Source: Octopus vulgaris
Taxonomy: Eukaryota
DNA: 64,000 nt
Direction: 5' to 3'
NCBI GenBank assembly: GCA_951406725.2
Contig: OX597815.1
Location: 6,200,001 to 6,264,000 of the forward strand
A program made the position numbers and the translations under genes. The notes under the pieces are model-generated. The model saw nothing but the letters and a program-made list of their open reading frames with translations, made no database searches and was not told where the DNA came from. Positions 1-12,528 of this stretch are shown here, in pieces (the stretch's first letter is position 1; each line of letters starts with the position of its first letter).

Positions 1-536
1 CTTCATTAGCTTTTATGTAGTAAATACCAATATTGAGTTACAGAGAACTGGTATGAACATGTACCAAGTAAGGAGGAAGGAAAAGTAACGATACTCTGGG
101 ACTATAATTTTCAGACGGATCGTGTAATCGAACACCGTCGGGCGGATATTGTCATATTGCATAAGAGAGACAAATACTGTCAGATCATTGATGCAGCCAT
201 ATCATACCAAATGAGATGAATGTTGTGAGTGAAGAGGTTGAAAAAAATCACCAAGTATTCCGAATTGAAAGTGGAAATGGCAAGACTGTATCGAATGCGA
301 GAGGGTAATGCAAAAGTGATACTAGTGGTGATCAGAACGTTGGGTTCAATCCCATTGAAACTTCAAGACTTCTTAAGGGAACTGGAAATCCCATGCAAGA
401 TTGATGTCCTGCAAAAAGCAGCCTTATTGGGCACAGCGCACATCTCAAGGAAAGTATTATCTGTCTGAGGTCCTTTTTGTGATTTGACAGATGACTAAAG
501 ACTCCGGTGCATTTTTACCTACACCGTATTACAAAG

Positions 537-538
<2 letters not shown>
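1..538 (+). mobile_element. 3' fragment of an R4/Dong-type (restriction-like endonuclease) LINE, frameshifted, ending in (TAA)n
   Basis: Translation gives WYEHVP..ILWDYNFQTDRVIEHRRADIVIL..IIDAA, then KITKYSELKVEMARLY..LQKAALLGTAHISRKVLSV* (stop 468). A short 3' UTR and (TAA)n at 538-600 follow. Confidence 0.85.
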
Positions 539-600
<62 letters not shown>

Positions 601-601
<1 letters not shown>

Positions 602-1156
602 CCCTGATGCAGTACCAGGCAGTGGCTCTCGTGGCTTCTGATCTTAACTGATTGGAAGTGTTATCATGTACATTGTTTTGTCTTGTTATAAAAGATGGGC
701 TACAGCAAATATTCTGCTCAATACCACAGATTTGCTTGTCAGTTGTTTGACCTTAACCAGTTGAGCATGTCCCTTGGTGGCTAACGATATGTGCATCTCT
801 GATCACGTGCAGAAGTAGTTGGGGAGCATCATAGCCATGTGTTGAGAGGAATTCTTTGAGGTTTGGATAATTCACTTTTGGAAACATGGGTGGTTCGTTC
901 AACATCCTTAAACAATCCTTATTCAGGGACCTTTTGAGCAGGATGGGTTACTCGACCAGAAGAAAATTCTAACTGGGTCCCATCTGCAAGGTCATGTGCG
1001 CTGTTTATTTTGATATGAGATCACCATGTCGCGCACAAATGGTTGTGATGCATGTGCCTGGTGTACCCTTATCAGACGGGTAGTCATGATGGGTATACTG
1101 GGCTTCGTATATTTTACCCCAGTGTCACTTTGATGGCATGCACTGCTCTCTCACTC
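601..1156 (+). mobile_element. ~555-bp non-coding element embedded in (TAA)n, copy 1
   Basis: Runs GCCCTGATGCAGTACC...CTCTCTCACTC then AATAATAA. Near-identical copies at 1513-2065, 19937-20424 (-) and 21636-21900 (-, partial). Confidence 0.8.
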
Positions 1157-1171
1157 AATAATAATAATAAT

Positions 1172-1339
1172 ACGTCGAACAAATAGGGGCTTCAATAAGT
1201 GTGGAGCACTTGCAGAAAACAGCACTGCTTGGAACCGCTCGAATACTCCGGAAGGTGCTTGAAAAATAAGGGGTGTTACTTCAGTTCACTGGTAATGAAC
1301 AGCTGACACTGTAGTACATCTCCAGCGTTAGAAGCTGTC
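1172..1339 (+). mobile_element. Short R4/Dong-type LINE 3' end
   Basis: VEQIGASISVEHLQKTALLGTARILRKVLEK* followed by a 3' UTR and (GAT)n/(TAA)n. Matches 20924-21110 (-). Confidence 0.8.
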
Positions 1340-1359
1340 AGATGATGATGATGATGATG

Positions 1360-1420
<61 letters not shown>

Positions 1421-1461
1421 TAACAATAATAATAATAACAATAATAATAATAATAATAATG

Positions 1462-1512
<51 letters not shown>

Positions 1513-2065
1513 GCCCTGATGCAGTACCAGACTGTGGCTCTTGTGGCTTCTGATCTTAACTGATTGGAAGTGTTATCATGTACATTGTTTTGTCTTGGTA
1601 TAAAAGATGGGCTACAGCAAATATTCTGCTCCATATCACAGATTTGCTTGTCAGTTGTTTGACCTTAACCAGTTGAGCATGTCCCTAGTGGCTGATGATA
1701 TGTGCATCTCTGATCACGAGCAGAATTAGTGGGGGAGCATCATAGCCATGTGTTGAGAGGGATTCTTTGGGGTTTGAATAGTTCACCTCTGGAAACATGG
1801 GTGGTTCTTTCAACATCCTTAAACAATCCTCATTCAGGGACCTTTTGAGCGGGATGGGCTACTCAACCTGAAGAAAATCCTAACTGGGCCCCACCTGCAA
1901 GGTCATGCGCTGTTTATTTTGATATGAGATCACCATGTCGCGCACAAATGGTTGTGATGCATGTGCCTGGTGTACCCTTATCAGACGGGTAGTCATGATG
2001 GGTATATTGGGCTTTGTATATTTTACCCCGGTGTCACTTTGATGGCATGCACTGCTCTCTCACTC
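1513..2065 (+). mobile_element. ~555-bp (TAA)n-embedded element, copy 2
   Basis: Same termini as 601-1156, flanked by (TAA)n on both sides. Confidence 0.8.
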
Positions 2066-2119
<54 letters not shown>

Positions 2120-2618
2120 GTAAAACAGAATCCGCAAGTTTCAAGTTTTTTTCCATCTCAATGCCGATTGCTTCCGCTAAATTTTTCACTTTCAGTTTGT
2201 GATCATGAAACTTTCCATTTGATGATGAAATCCAAGATATAATGATGATAAAAAAATAATAATAAAAAAGCTCGGCTGCCCACGTCTTTCAATATGGATC
2301 CACTCAATCAAAACTAGTCTGGAGCTAATCAACGCCAACGGCTACGACCACCACCAATATATAGCACTTAATGTCAATATTGACGTTTGACATTTTAAAA
2401 ATATCTCAAGACTGTTTTTAGATTATTCTCCTCTGAGCAGTCATAACTGAATACCAACCGATGATCATTCAATTCGTAGGAAGACATTGCCAAAGATAAA
2501 AAAAAACAAAAAGAAAAGGTAAAAATGGAGAAAGAAAAGTTACAACTTTTCAGATTCATTCTTCTTGATAAACGTTTCAGCACCAAACACGATGTGTGTC
2601 GATTTAAACCATGATGGA

Positions 2619-3001
2619 TACTCTCTTACTCTTTTACTCTTTTACTTGTTTCAGTCATTTGACTGCTGCCATGCTGGAGCACCGCCTTTAGTCGAGCAAA
2701 TCGACCCTAGGACTTACGCTTTGTAAGCCTAGTACTTATTCTATCAGTCTCTTTTGCCGAACCGCTAAACACACCAGCATCAGTTGTCAAGCAATGTTGG
2801 GGGGACAAACACAGCCACACAAACACGCACGCACACACATATACGACGGGCTTCTTTCAGTTTCCGTCTACCAAATCCACTCACAAGGCTTTGGTCGAGG
2901 ATATAGTAGAAGACACTTGCCCAAGGTGCCACGCAGTGGAACTGAACCCAGAATTATGTGGTTGGTAAGCAAGCTACTTACCACACAGCCACTCCTGTGC
3001 C
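2619..3001 (-). mobile_element. tRNA-derived SINE, family A
   Basis: Reverse complement of the family A consensus (GGCGCAGGAGTGGCTGTGTGGTAAG...GGTTCAGTCCC...GAAACAAGTAAAAGAGTA). Confidence 0.85.
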
Positions 3002-3208
3002 TACTGAAGAAAAAAAGAAGAGACGAAAAAACATTGATCTACATCACCGTGTCACGCTGAATCTTCCCCGAGAACTAAAGAGTACTTGTGTGTCTGTGGG
3101 GTGTTCAGCCACTTGCACGTTAATTTCACGAGCAGGCTGTTCCGTTGATCGGATCAACTGGAACCGCCGGAGCGCCACGAATATTATATAATTTGTATAC
3201 AATACAAA

Positions 3209-3606
3209 GGCGCAGGAGTGGCTGTGTGGTAAGTAGCTTGTTTACCAACCACATGGTTCCGGGTTCAGTCTCACTGCGTGGCACCTTGGGCAAGTGTCTT
3301 CCACAATAGCCTCGGGCCGACCAATGCCTTGTGAGTGGATTTGGTAGACGGAAACTGAAAGAAGCCCGTCGTATATATGTATATGCGTGTGTTTGTGTGT
3401 CTGTGTTTGTCCCCCTAGCATTGCTTGACAACCGATGCTGGTGTGTTTATGTCCCCGTTACTTCGCGGTTCGGCAAAAGAGACCGATAGAATAAGTACTG
3501 GGCTTACAAAAGAATAAGTCTCGGGGTCGAGTTGCTCGACTAAAGGCGTTGCTCCAGCATGGCCGCAGTCAAATGACTGAAACAAGTAAAAGAGTAAAAG
3601 AGAGTA
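3209..3606 (+). mobile_element. tRNA-derived SINE, family A (full length)
   Basis: A-box-like TGGCTGTGTGG, B-box-like GGTTCAGTC, internal (TA/GT)n and a (GTAAAAGA)n tail. About 20 copies occur in the window. Confidence 0.9.
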
Positions 3607-3818
3607 TAGAGTGTCCCCCAATTCATTGCCTTCCTGCCAACACCTCCTTTTTCTCTACCGCCCCCTTAGGCACCAGTGCCCATCTGGACCGGCTCAATTT
3701 GAGAACCCATGATCTACACGAAGACAACCGTTGCACATCAATGGGAAGTTTTTCTCTCTCATTGTATATCTTCATGCGTACACACACGAGTGCATAGAAA
3801 GCTATATATATATATATT

Positions 3819-4125
3819 AGTGGCATTCCGTCGGTTTCGACGACGAGTGTTCCAGTTGATCCGATGAAAGGAACACTTTACTCGTTAAATTAACGGGCAA
3901 GTGGCTGAGTACTTCACAGACACGCGTACCCTTCACGTAGTTCTCTGGGAGATCCAGCGTAACACAGAATGTGATATGGCTGGCTGGTCCCTTTGAATTG
4001 CCGGTACAGCTCATCTTTGCCATCTGAGTGGACTGTAGCAACGTGAAATGAAGTGTCTTGTTCAAGGACTCAACGCAATGCCGGAAATTGAACTCGTGAC
4101 CTTACGACTGTGTTCCACGTGCCTT
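3819..4125 (-). mobile_element. SINE family D
   Basis: Similar to 17542-17843; 3' body shared with family C copies at 22362-22737 and 60003-60383. Confidence 0.65.
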
Positions 4126-4469
4126 TACAGATGTTAGATCTTCCAACAGTAAACGCACAATATGCACCAGACCAAACCATAACGGTTTCTGAAACAAAAG
4201 AAAAACGGTAAAATATTAACTATATGATAATACCATTACCGCTTGTCCAGCCTCACTAACGCCATGGTAAGGGTCGAGTTAAATATGGGAGGTTTTTCTG
4301 CCGCATCTTGTATCTTGGCAGAAATTGATCATTCACTGGAACATCTATATATGACATTTAACGAAATGTCTAACCGCATGATTTCAATATAAACCCCTAC
4401 TCCCGCTACCTGATATCATGCACACAGGTACAATGGGGCTTTCCAAATATAGGTGAATGATCTGAGGGT

Positions 4470-4838
4470 AAAATCTAAATACAGGACGTCACTGTGTGGT
4501 GCCAAAGGTCCCGTCTTCCACATCCAGGGTAAGGAGCAGATACTGTAATAGCCTGGGGTTCAGGGGCCCTCACCTGTTCAACAAACTGCCAAGAAAACTA
4601 AGAGATCTACATGATGCGGATGTGGACGTTTTCAAAAAACATCTAGACAAGCTGCTTTCCGGGATCCCAGATGAACCCACTGCAAGGTACGAAGGTAACC
4701 TAAGGGCAGCAGCTACAAACTCTCTCTTAAATCAGTGGCCAGCCACGGCAAACTGGACTTAGAGAGGGTAGCAACAAGGGCGGTGCCCCAGCATGGCCTC
4801 AGCCGGATGGCTGAAACAAGTAAAAGAGTAAAAGAGTA
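4470..4838 (+). mobile_element. CR1/L2-type LINE 3' fragment whose 3' tail matches SINE family A
   Basis: ORF 4496-4762 reads RYCNSLGFRGPHLFNKLP..VDVFKKHLDKLLSGIPDEP..RAAATNSLLNQ. It is followed by GGCGGTGCCCCAGCATGGCC..GAAACAAGTAAAAGAGTAAAAGAGTA. Confidence 0.75.
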
Positions 4839-5477
4839 TACATCAAGTGATCGGCTGTTACGTTCGCTATCGTCTGCTCAACCCATTTCAGACTTGTAGG
4901 GTGCGGCAAAAAAACATCCCTTATTTTACACGGCTATTAATGAGATGCTAGTGATGTTAGACAAATTATAATGGTGTTTTCGTGCAGATAATGTTTTACC
5001 GTTTACTTTTCAATTACCATCATGGTCGAAACTGGGGTATATTGTGCTTTGGTTGTTGAAACGGTTGTCAACCTTAGAAACTGTGAGAATATTTTCTTTG
5101 CGCGCTGTCGTCTGAGTGGATAAAACAGACGATAGCAAACAGATAAAAATCAGTTGTTGTTTGTTCAGTGAAAAAGGTTCATGCAAGGTTCCCAATGTTT
5201 GTTCAATTATTAAAAAGGAAGCAAAATGCTCTAATTTCGGCCACCATTTCCTATCCAACCTATTTATTTCTCTTATAAGAATACTTCAAATTCCGGTCAT
5301 TTATCATACCTTTTTTTCTTTTTTTTCTTCTGACGATATCTTGTCTAATTTACGATAACCACACCCTTTATTACTCTAAACACACACACACGCACGCACG
5401 CACACACACACACACACACACACACTTTGTAATTCACTGAGGCATCTTTTGTGACACATTCTTTCGCTCACCTACTC

Positions 5478-6128
<651 letters not shown>

Positions 6129-6619
6129 CAAACACACCCATATATACATTCATATTCAATTTCATTGCAGATATAATGTTAGCTCATTAAAAAGTCTTGG
6201 GCAATCTTTCGGTATTAGTAGACGCAACGTGAATGACGTTGTCTACCAATACCGAAAGATTGCCAAATTTCGGGCCTAACTTAACTAAATATCCTTCGTG
6301 TAGAAGGCAGCACTGAGAAATTTCCACATTGCCCTCCCATTTGTCAATATATTTGTTAATTAGTTTTGTCTGGAGAAATGTTATCAGTGTTGAGTGGTAC
6401 TGTTGAGTGTCGAGTGGAACTATCGGGTGTTGAGTGATAGTGTTGAGTGTAGAGTTGGTACGTCAAGTGTGGTTAATTTCTAGGTCGCCGCTGAACGAAC
6501 AAATCTTTGATCAAAGGCTTTGCTGTCGCTGACATGTCTGTCTGTCTGTCTATTTATTTATTAAACTACATTATTCAGTGAACCATTCTATGTTTGAGAC
6601 AACAGTGATTTGACGCAGA

Positions 6620-7010
6620 TTTGGCTGTTTCTAGCTGACCCTTCGGTCACAAAGGCTGCCCCCTCGATGGAGTGGTGTTGCCTGCTGTTCCAAGCATGCC
6701 CTGTGATTATTTGCCAACACTACCCTACCAATGAGAATTGGTAAGGTGTTGGCTGCTGTTTCTAGTGAGCCTTAAGATCACACAGAAACACCCGCATTCT
6801 TAGGATGCTGGCTGCCGTTTCTAGCAAGTCCTGTGATCAAATAGAGACACTCTTGTTGGTAGGATATCGACTGCTGTTTCTGGCACTCTCTTTGGTAAGG
6901 TGTTGACTGTTGCTTCTAGTAGGTCTAGCGACCATATAGAAGCACTTACGTTTGTAAGTTGTTGGCTGCTGTTTTTAGCATACCTCATGATCACATAGAC
7001 ACCTTTATTA
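6620..7010 (+). repeat. Degenerate ~57-60 bp tandem repeat (~7 units) built on TTGGCTGCTGTTTCTAG
   Basis: Recurring GGTAAGGTGTTGGCTGCTGTTTCTAG...GATCACA.AGA units. Confidence 0.7.
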
Positions 7011-7221
7011 GTAGAAGACCTATGATGAAAGACGTTCCACCCATGGTCATTACGTTTTTTTCTTCTCAGACAGCATTAGCCAGTGTGTTCCAGCGGAGTT
7101 TTGGAATAGCTGTCCTTCGAAGTCACTAGTCTTATGAAAAAGGAATAAGGGTACAAAACTGAGGAACAAAAATGTAAAACAAAAATTGAAATTTTCGAAA
7201 GATTTTGATAATTCCATTTGT

Positions 7222-7287
7222 ATGAATAACTGAAGAGATGTCGGCGTGGATTTTCACCTCGGCATCCGAAACTCGGAGTTTTATCAT
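7222..7287 (+). ncRNA. Type I hammerhead ribozyme motif with short quasi-palindromic helix III
   Basis: ATGAATAA-CTGAAGA-GATGTCG..CGGCATC-C-GAAA-CTCGGAG-TT-TTATCAT. The core is intact, helix II is GATGTCG/CGGCATC and helix III is ACTC/GAGT. Confidence 0.7.
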
Positions 7288-7402
7288 GGCTACCAAATAA
7301 TTGTCACATATTACATTTACAGATAAATTCCTCTATTTACATAATATCGAGGTCTCTTTAATTCTTTTGTTGTTTTTCTATCAATATGTATATATATATG
7401 TA

Positions 7403-7827
<425 letters not shown>

Positions 7828-7837
7828 ATATATATAT

Positions 7838-8050
7838 AACGGGAAGCTTTATGAAAATAAACAAAAGACGAAGGCAGGTGGAAAACAAACGAACAATTGT
7901 ATTAGTATGGCGCTCAGGAAATATAAATAAAACAAGTCTTTAACGTTTCGAGCCTACGCTCTTCAACAGAAAGATACACAGAGAGAAAAAAAAACACAGA
8001 AAGAAGGAGAGAAAAAAAATGCGTGCAGTAGCTAACGAATCAACATGGCG
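7838..8050 (-). mobile_element. PLE-like short element with minimal hammerhead (7937-7974), 3' end in (TA)n
   Basis: Minus strand TCTTT-CTGTTGA-A-GAGC-GTAG-GCTC-GAAACGTT-AAAGA. Close copy at 56638-56845. Confidence 0.65.
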
Positions 8051-8357
8051 GTGTGTATGTATATATATATATGTGTGTGTATATATATATATACATATAT
8101 TGGACGAGCTTCTTCCAGTTTCCGTCTAGCAAATCCACTCACAAGGCCACAATAGAAGATACTTGCTCCAGGTGCAACATGTGGTTGGAAAGCTAGCTTC
8201 TTAGCACATAAGCATTCCTGCGCCTATTTATGAAGTTTTATTTTAGAAAAAAAAGTTGAAGCTGAATGGATGACAGACATTCCGCTACATAAGATCGAAG
8301 GGTTCGCCGACATATTTGATATACGAAAGAGTATGGCATACCTTGACAGATTTTATT

Positions 8358-8556
8358 TCCACCACCACCAGCACCACCACCATTACTATGAACCATAGAA
8401 TCCCATTACTAACACCGATAGCATTAGGATGAACCCCCCAGCACCCCCTGCCGCCGCCGCCGCCGCCGCCACCACCTCCTCCTCCTCCTCCTCCCTCACC
8501 ACCACCACCACTTCCTCCTCCTCCTCCCTCACCACCACCACCACCACCACCACTAC

Positions 8557-8599
<43 letters not shown>

Positions 8600-9665
8600 A
8601 CCACCACCACCATACCACCACCACCACCACCATCACCACCACTACCACCTCCTTCTCCTCCACTTCCTCTACCACCACCACCACCACCACCGCCGCCACC
8701 ACCACTATGATTCCGCTATCATTTGCTTCCTTCATTTGTACCCCTCACCCCCGATACCCGTTATTACTTTACTGTCATTACTAAAGCTCCTACCCCCGTT
8801 AATAGCCTTCACGGCACACACACAGCACACACACACACACACCCACACACACACATACACGCAAAACACAGATTATCAATGAACACCGCCACCACAAACA
8901 TTGCGACCACTAAAACCCCACCATCTCCACCACTACCACCACTACTATCATAGAAACTGTCACCTACACCACCACCACTACCGCCACCAACACCACACAG
9001 TTTCCATCACCACCGCCACCACCAACGCTATCATATCACCACTACACCACCGCCACCACCATAACATCGCCACTCAACACTACAACTCCAACCACCACCA
9101 CCATCACTACCACCACCATCAACACCACCACCACCACCATCACCACCATGATAACAGCTCTACACCACCGCCACCATCATAACATCGCCACTCAACACTA
9201 CAGCTACAACCACCATCGCCGCCGACACCACCACCACCACCACCACCACCACCACCACCATATCACTACACTACCACTTAACCCCACCAGCACCACCACC
9301 ACCATCACCATCGAAACCACCACCATCACTACCACCACCATCACTACCACCACCATCGCCACCACCACCATCACTACCACCACCATCGCCACCACCACCA
9401 TCGCCGCCGCCGCCGCCACCACCATCACCACCACCATCGCCATCGAAACCACCACCACCACCATCACCATCGAAACCACCACCACCACCATGATAACACC
9501 CCTACCCCACCGCCACCATCATAACATCTTCACTCAACACTACTGCTATCACCATCGCCACCACCACCACTACCACCACCATCGCCACCACCACCACCGT
9601 ATCACTACACTACCACTTAACCCCAGCACCACCACCACCACCACCACCACCACCACCACCATCCC
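8358..9665. repeat. Degenerate (CCA)n/(CCG)n low-complexity tract with higher-order duplications
   Basis: CCATCATAACATCGCCACTCAACACTAC-like unit occurs three times (~9055, 9172, 9515); ATCACTACACTACCACTTAACCCC occurs twice (9261, 9601). Confidence 0.85.
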
Positions 9666-9984
9666 ATCAGCCTTCTAACTTCACAGTTGACCTTTCTCTA
9701 AACCTCCTCCCGCCACATCAATATAATTTATGCCAGATTTCATTCTCTCGCCTCCATTAGACTCCCCTCCCCCGCACCCCCCACCCCGCACCCGCACCCC
9801 CGCACCCCCACCCCCACCCCGCACCCCCACCCCCGCCACCTTCTTTTACCGTTTCCTCAGACGGCTCCAGTTCTTCATTAAACCATAAAACACCTCAACC
9901 AGAAACACTTAAACGACCTACCATCACCGTTAAAGCGTGTTAGAAACAGCAGTCAAATCAATTTTTTTTTTTTTTGGGGGGGGC

Positions 9985-10545
9985 CGTAGCTGTGTAGTAA
10001 AAAAAACTTGCTTCCCAACCACATGGTTCCGGGTTCAGTCCCACTGCGAGGCACATTGGGCAAGTGTCTTCTACTATAACCCCGGGCCGACTAAAGCGTT
10101 GTCAGTAGATTTGGTAGACAGAAACCGAAAGATGAGTGTGTGTGTGTGTGTGCGTATGTGCCCTCCACCGCCGCTTGACACTCGGCCCTGGTGTATTTAC
10201 GCTCCGTAACTTGGCGGTCCGGCAGAAGAGAACGATAAAATAAGTACTAGATTTTAAAAAATAAATAATAAATACTGGGGTGGATTCATTTGACTAAAAT
10301 TTTTCTGGGCGGTGCTCCAGCATGGCCGCAATCTTACGCGGGAAACAAGTAAAAGATAAGAAATACTAATATTAGGTGTAGGAGTCGCTGTGTGGTAAGT
10401 AGCTTGCTTACGAACCACATGATTCCGGGTTCAGTCCCATTGCGTGACACCTTGGGCAAGTATCTTCTACTATAGCATCGTACCGACCAAAGTCTTGTGA
10501 GTGGATTTGGTTGGCGGAAACTGAAAGAAGTCCGTCGTATATATG

Positions 10546-10623
<78 letters not shown>

Positions 10624-10785
10624 TGTGTTTGTACCCCCCAACATCGCTTGACAACCGATGCTGGTGTGTTTACGTCCCCGTAACTTAGCGGTTCGGCAAA
10701 AGACACCGATAGAATAAGTACTAGGCTTACAAAGTCCTTGGGGCCGATTTACTCGACTAAAGGCGGTGCTCCAGCATGGCCACAA
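9985..10785 (+). mobile_element. Two tandem SINE family A copies (9985-10360, 10375-10785)
   Basis: Match to family A. Confidence 0.85.
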
Positions 10786-11279
10786 TCTAAATAAAACTCG
10801 AAACCTAGGTATAACCGTTAAACAATAACAAGGTAAAAGTTTTTAGTTTTCATTCCCTTCAAAATTACTCTTAAATGTGGTTTTGGTAATTTTGACTGCT
10901 TCTTCTAGCATGTAAAACTACCTGTTAAAGGTAGTCTCTTTTCTGTTTAAATGTACACTATTACATATATATACATATATATATATATATGTAGCTGCTA
11001 GATATGTGAGCGCGTGATTATGTTGAAATATATGTGAACGTATAAAGTATCTTATACACACACACATACACACACACACAACTGGAAATGGGAAAAAAAA
11101 CAATTTTATAAGGAGAGTCATAGAGTGACGTTGCTTGTAATGAGCCTTTCATTTAAATGTTTAAATGTATCAAAGAATGTTCTCTAGTTACGTATCGAGT
11201 TCTGTAACTTATCGCATCTCGGTTAATCAAGATATATATATATGCATATATACATAGGTATATGTACATACATCTATAC

Positions 11280-11325
<46 letters not shown>

Positions 11326-11807
11326 TCAATATAGGGTGGCAAAAAAATTTTGTAGAATTCTTTTGCCACCAGCGGCCTAGTGGGAAAAAAATTAAATAGT
11401 CATAAACCATTTTTAAGTTCAACATCACAATCAAGGAACGGCCATAATAGGCCATTCACCCACTAGAAATAACAGCCAAAAGCTTTAACCGCAAAATAAC
11501 GTCAATTCCGTAAACCAGGAGAAAATTAAAAAACATTTACCCTGTAATTTCTCTCTCTATATATATATATATATATCATTAATTAATCAATATAAGGGTA
11601 GCAAAAAATTCAAGAAAAATTTATCGCCACCAGCGTTCTAGTGAGAAAGAAAAAATAATCACAGACTATATATATATATAATTTCAACAATATTAAGGAA
11701 TGGCCCTGGTAGGCCATTCGACTCACCAGAAAGAGCAGCCAAACTCAAACCGCTAAATAGTTGTAATTCTGAAACCAAAGGAGAAATATAAACATTTACC
11801 CTAATCA

Positions 11808-11901
11808 TCTTTGGACTATGGATAGTTTCGACACTTTGGTAAACCAATTTAATTAAATTAAATTAAATTTGTTTACATCTGGCCTGTCTCGTCAGCAAAG
11901 A
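11808..11901 (-). ncRNA. Type I hammerhead ribozyme (left arm)
   Basis: Minus strand TCTTTG-CTGACGA-GACA...TGTC-GAAA-CTATCCATAG-TC-CAAAGA. All core nucleotides and helices I, II and III are present. Confidence 0.85.
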
Positions 11902-11939
11902 AGCTGGTGTCGCCTCGTGGATATATATTTTCCTTGGCT

Positions 11940-12033
11940 TCTTTGCTGACGAGACAGGCCAGATGTAAACAAATTTAATTTAATTTAATTAAATTGGTTT
12001 ACAAAAGTGTCGAAACTATCCATAGTCCAAAGA
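11940..12033 (+). ncRNA. Type I hammerhead ribozyme (right arm), predicted GUC cleavage after 12027
   Basis: TCTTTG(11940-45)-CTGACGA(11946-52)-GACA..long AT hairpin..TGTC-GAAA(12012-15)-CTATCCATAG-TC-CAAAGA. Confidence 0.85.
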
Positions 12034-12156
12034 TGATTAGGGTAAATGTTTTTATTTCTCCTTTGGTTTCAGAATTACAACTATTTAGCGGTTTGAGTTT
12101 GGCTGCTCTTTCTTGTGAGTCGAATGGCCTATCAGGGCCATTCCTTAATATTGTTG

Positions 12157-12199
<43 letters not shown>

Positions 12200-12201
<2 letters not shown>

Positions 12202-12402
12202 TTAATCCAAACAAGAAAGCACAAAAAAACACAACAACGCGAGGACGTGGAACAAATATAGTATTATTGGACGCTCAGGAACGAAGGAGGGTTTAACGTT
12301 TCGAGCGGAGCTCTTCGTCGGAAACATAGGAGAAGGAAAGATCCAGAGAAGGGAAGACAGAAGAAAAAAAATTGCCAACGGTACACACGAGGTCACATTT
12401 TG
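12200..12402 (-). mobile_element. PLE-like short element with minimal hammerhead (12291-12326)
   Basis: Reverse-complement copy of 7403-7617, ending in (TA)n. Confidence 0.65.
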
Positions 12403-12419
12403 ATACATACATATATACA

Positions 12420-12463
<44 letters not shown>

Positions 12464-12470
12464 TTATTAT

Positions 12471-12519
<49 letters not shown>

Positions 12520-12528
<9 letters not shown>

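Larger units (their letters stand above)
11321..12160. mobile_element. (TA)n-anchored fold-back element family: diverged copy 11321-11550 (-), copy 11580-11904 (-) and inverted arm 11937-12160 (+)
   Basis: Arms 11681-11904 and 11937-12160 are 224 bp each with about 4 mismatches and a 32-bp spacer. Same family at 32641-32942. Confidence 0.85.

Noticed and set aside
1685-1750. CTGATGA in the TAA-embedded element as a hammerhead core
   Set aside because: There is no GAAA, helix III or NUH in register.
3126-3431. Recurring ORFs such as RRASFSFRLPNPLTRHWSARG / YDGLLSVSVYQIHSQG that look like a gene family
   Set aside because: They are antisense readings of SINE family A copies.
8429-9678. Mucin-like or His/Pro-rich ORFs
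   Set aside because: All frames of a (CCA)n tract give homopolymers, with no signal peptide, splice support or consistent frame.
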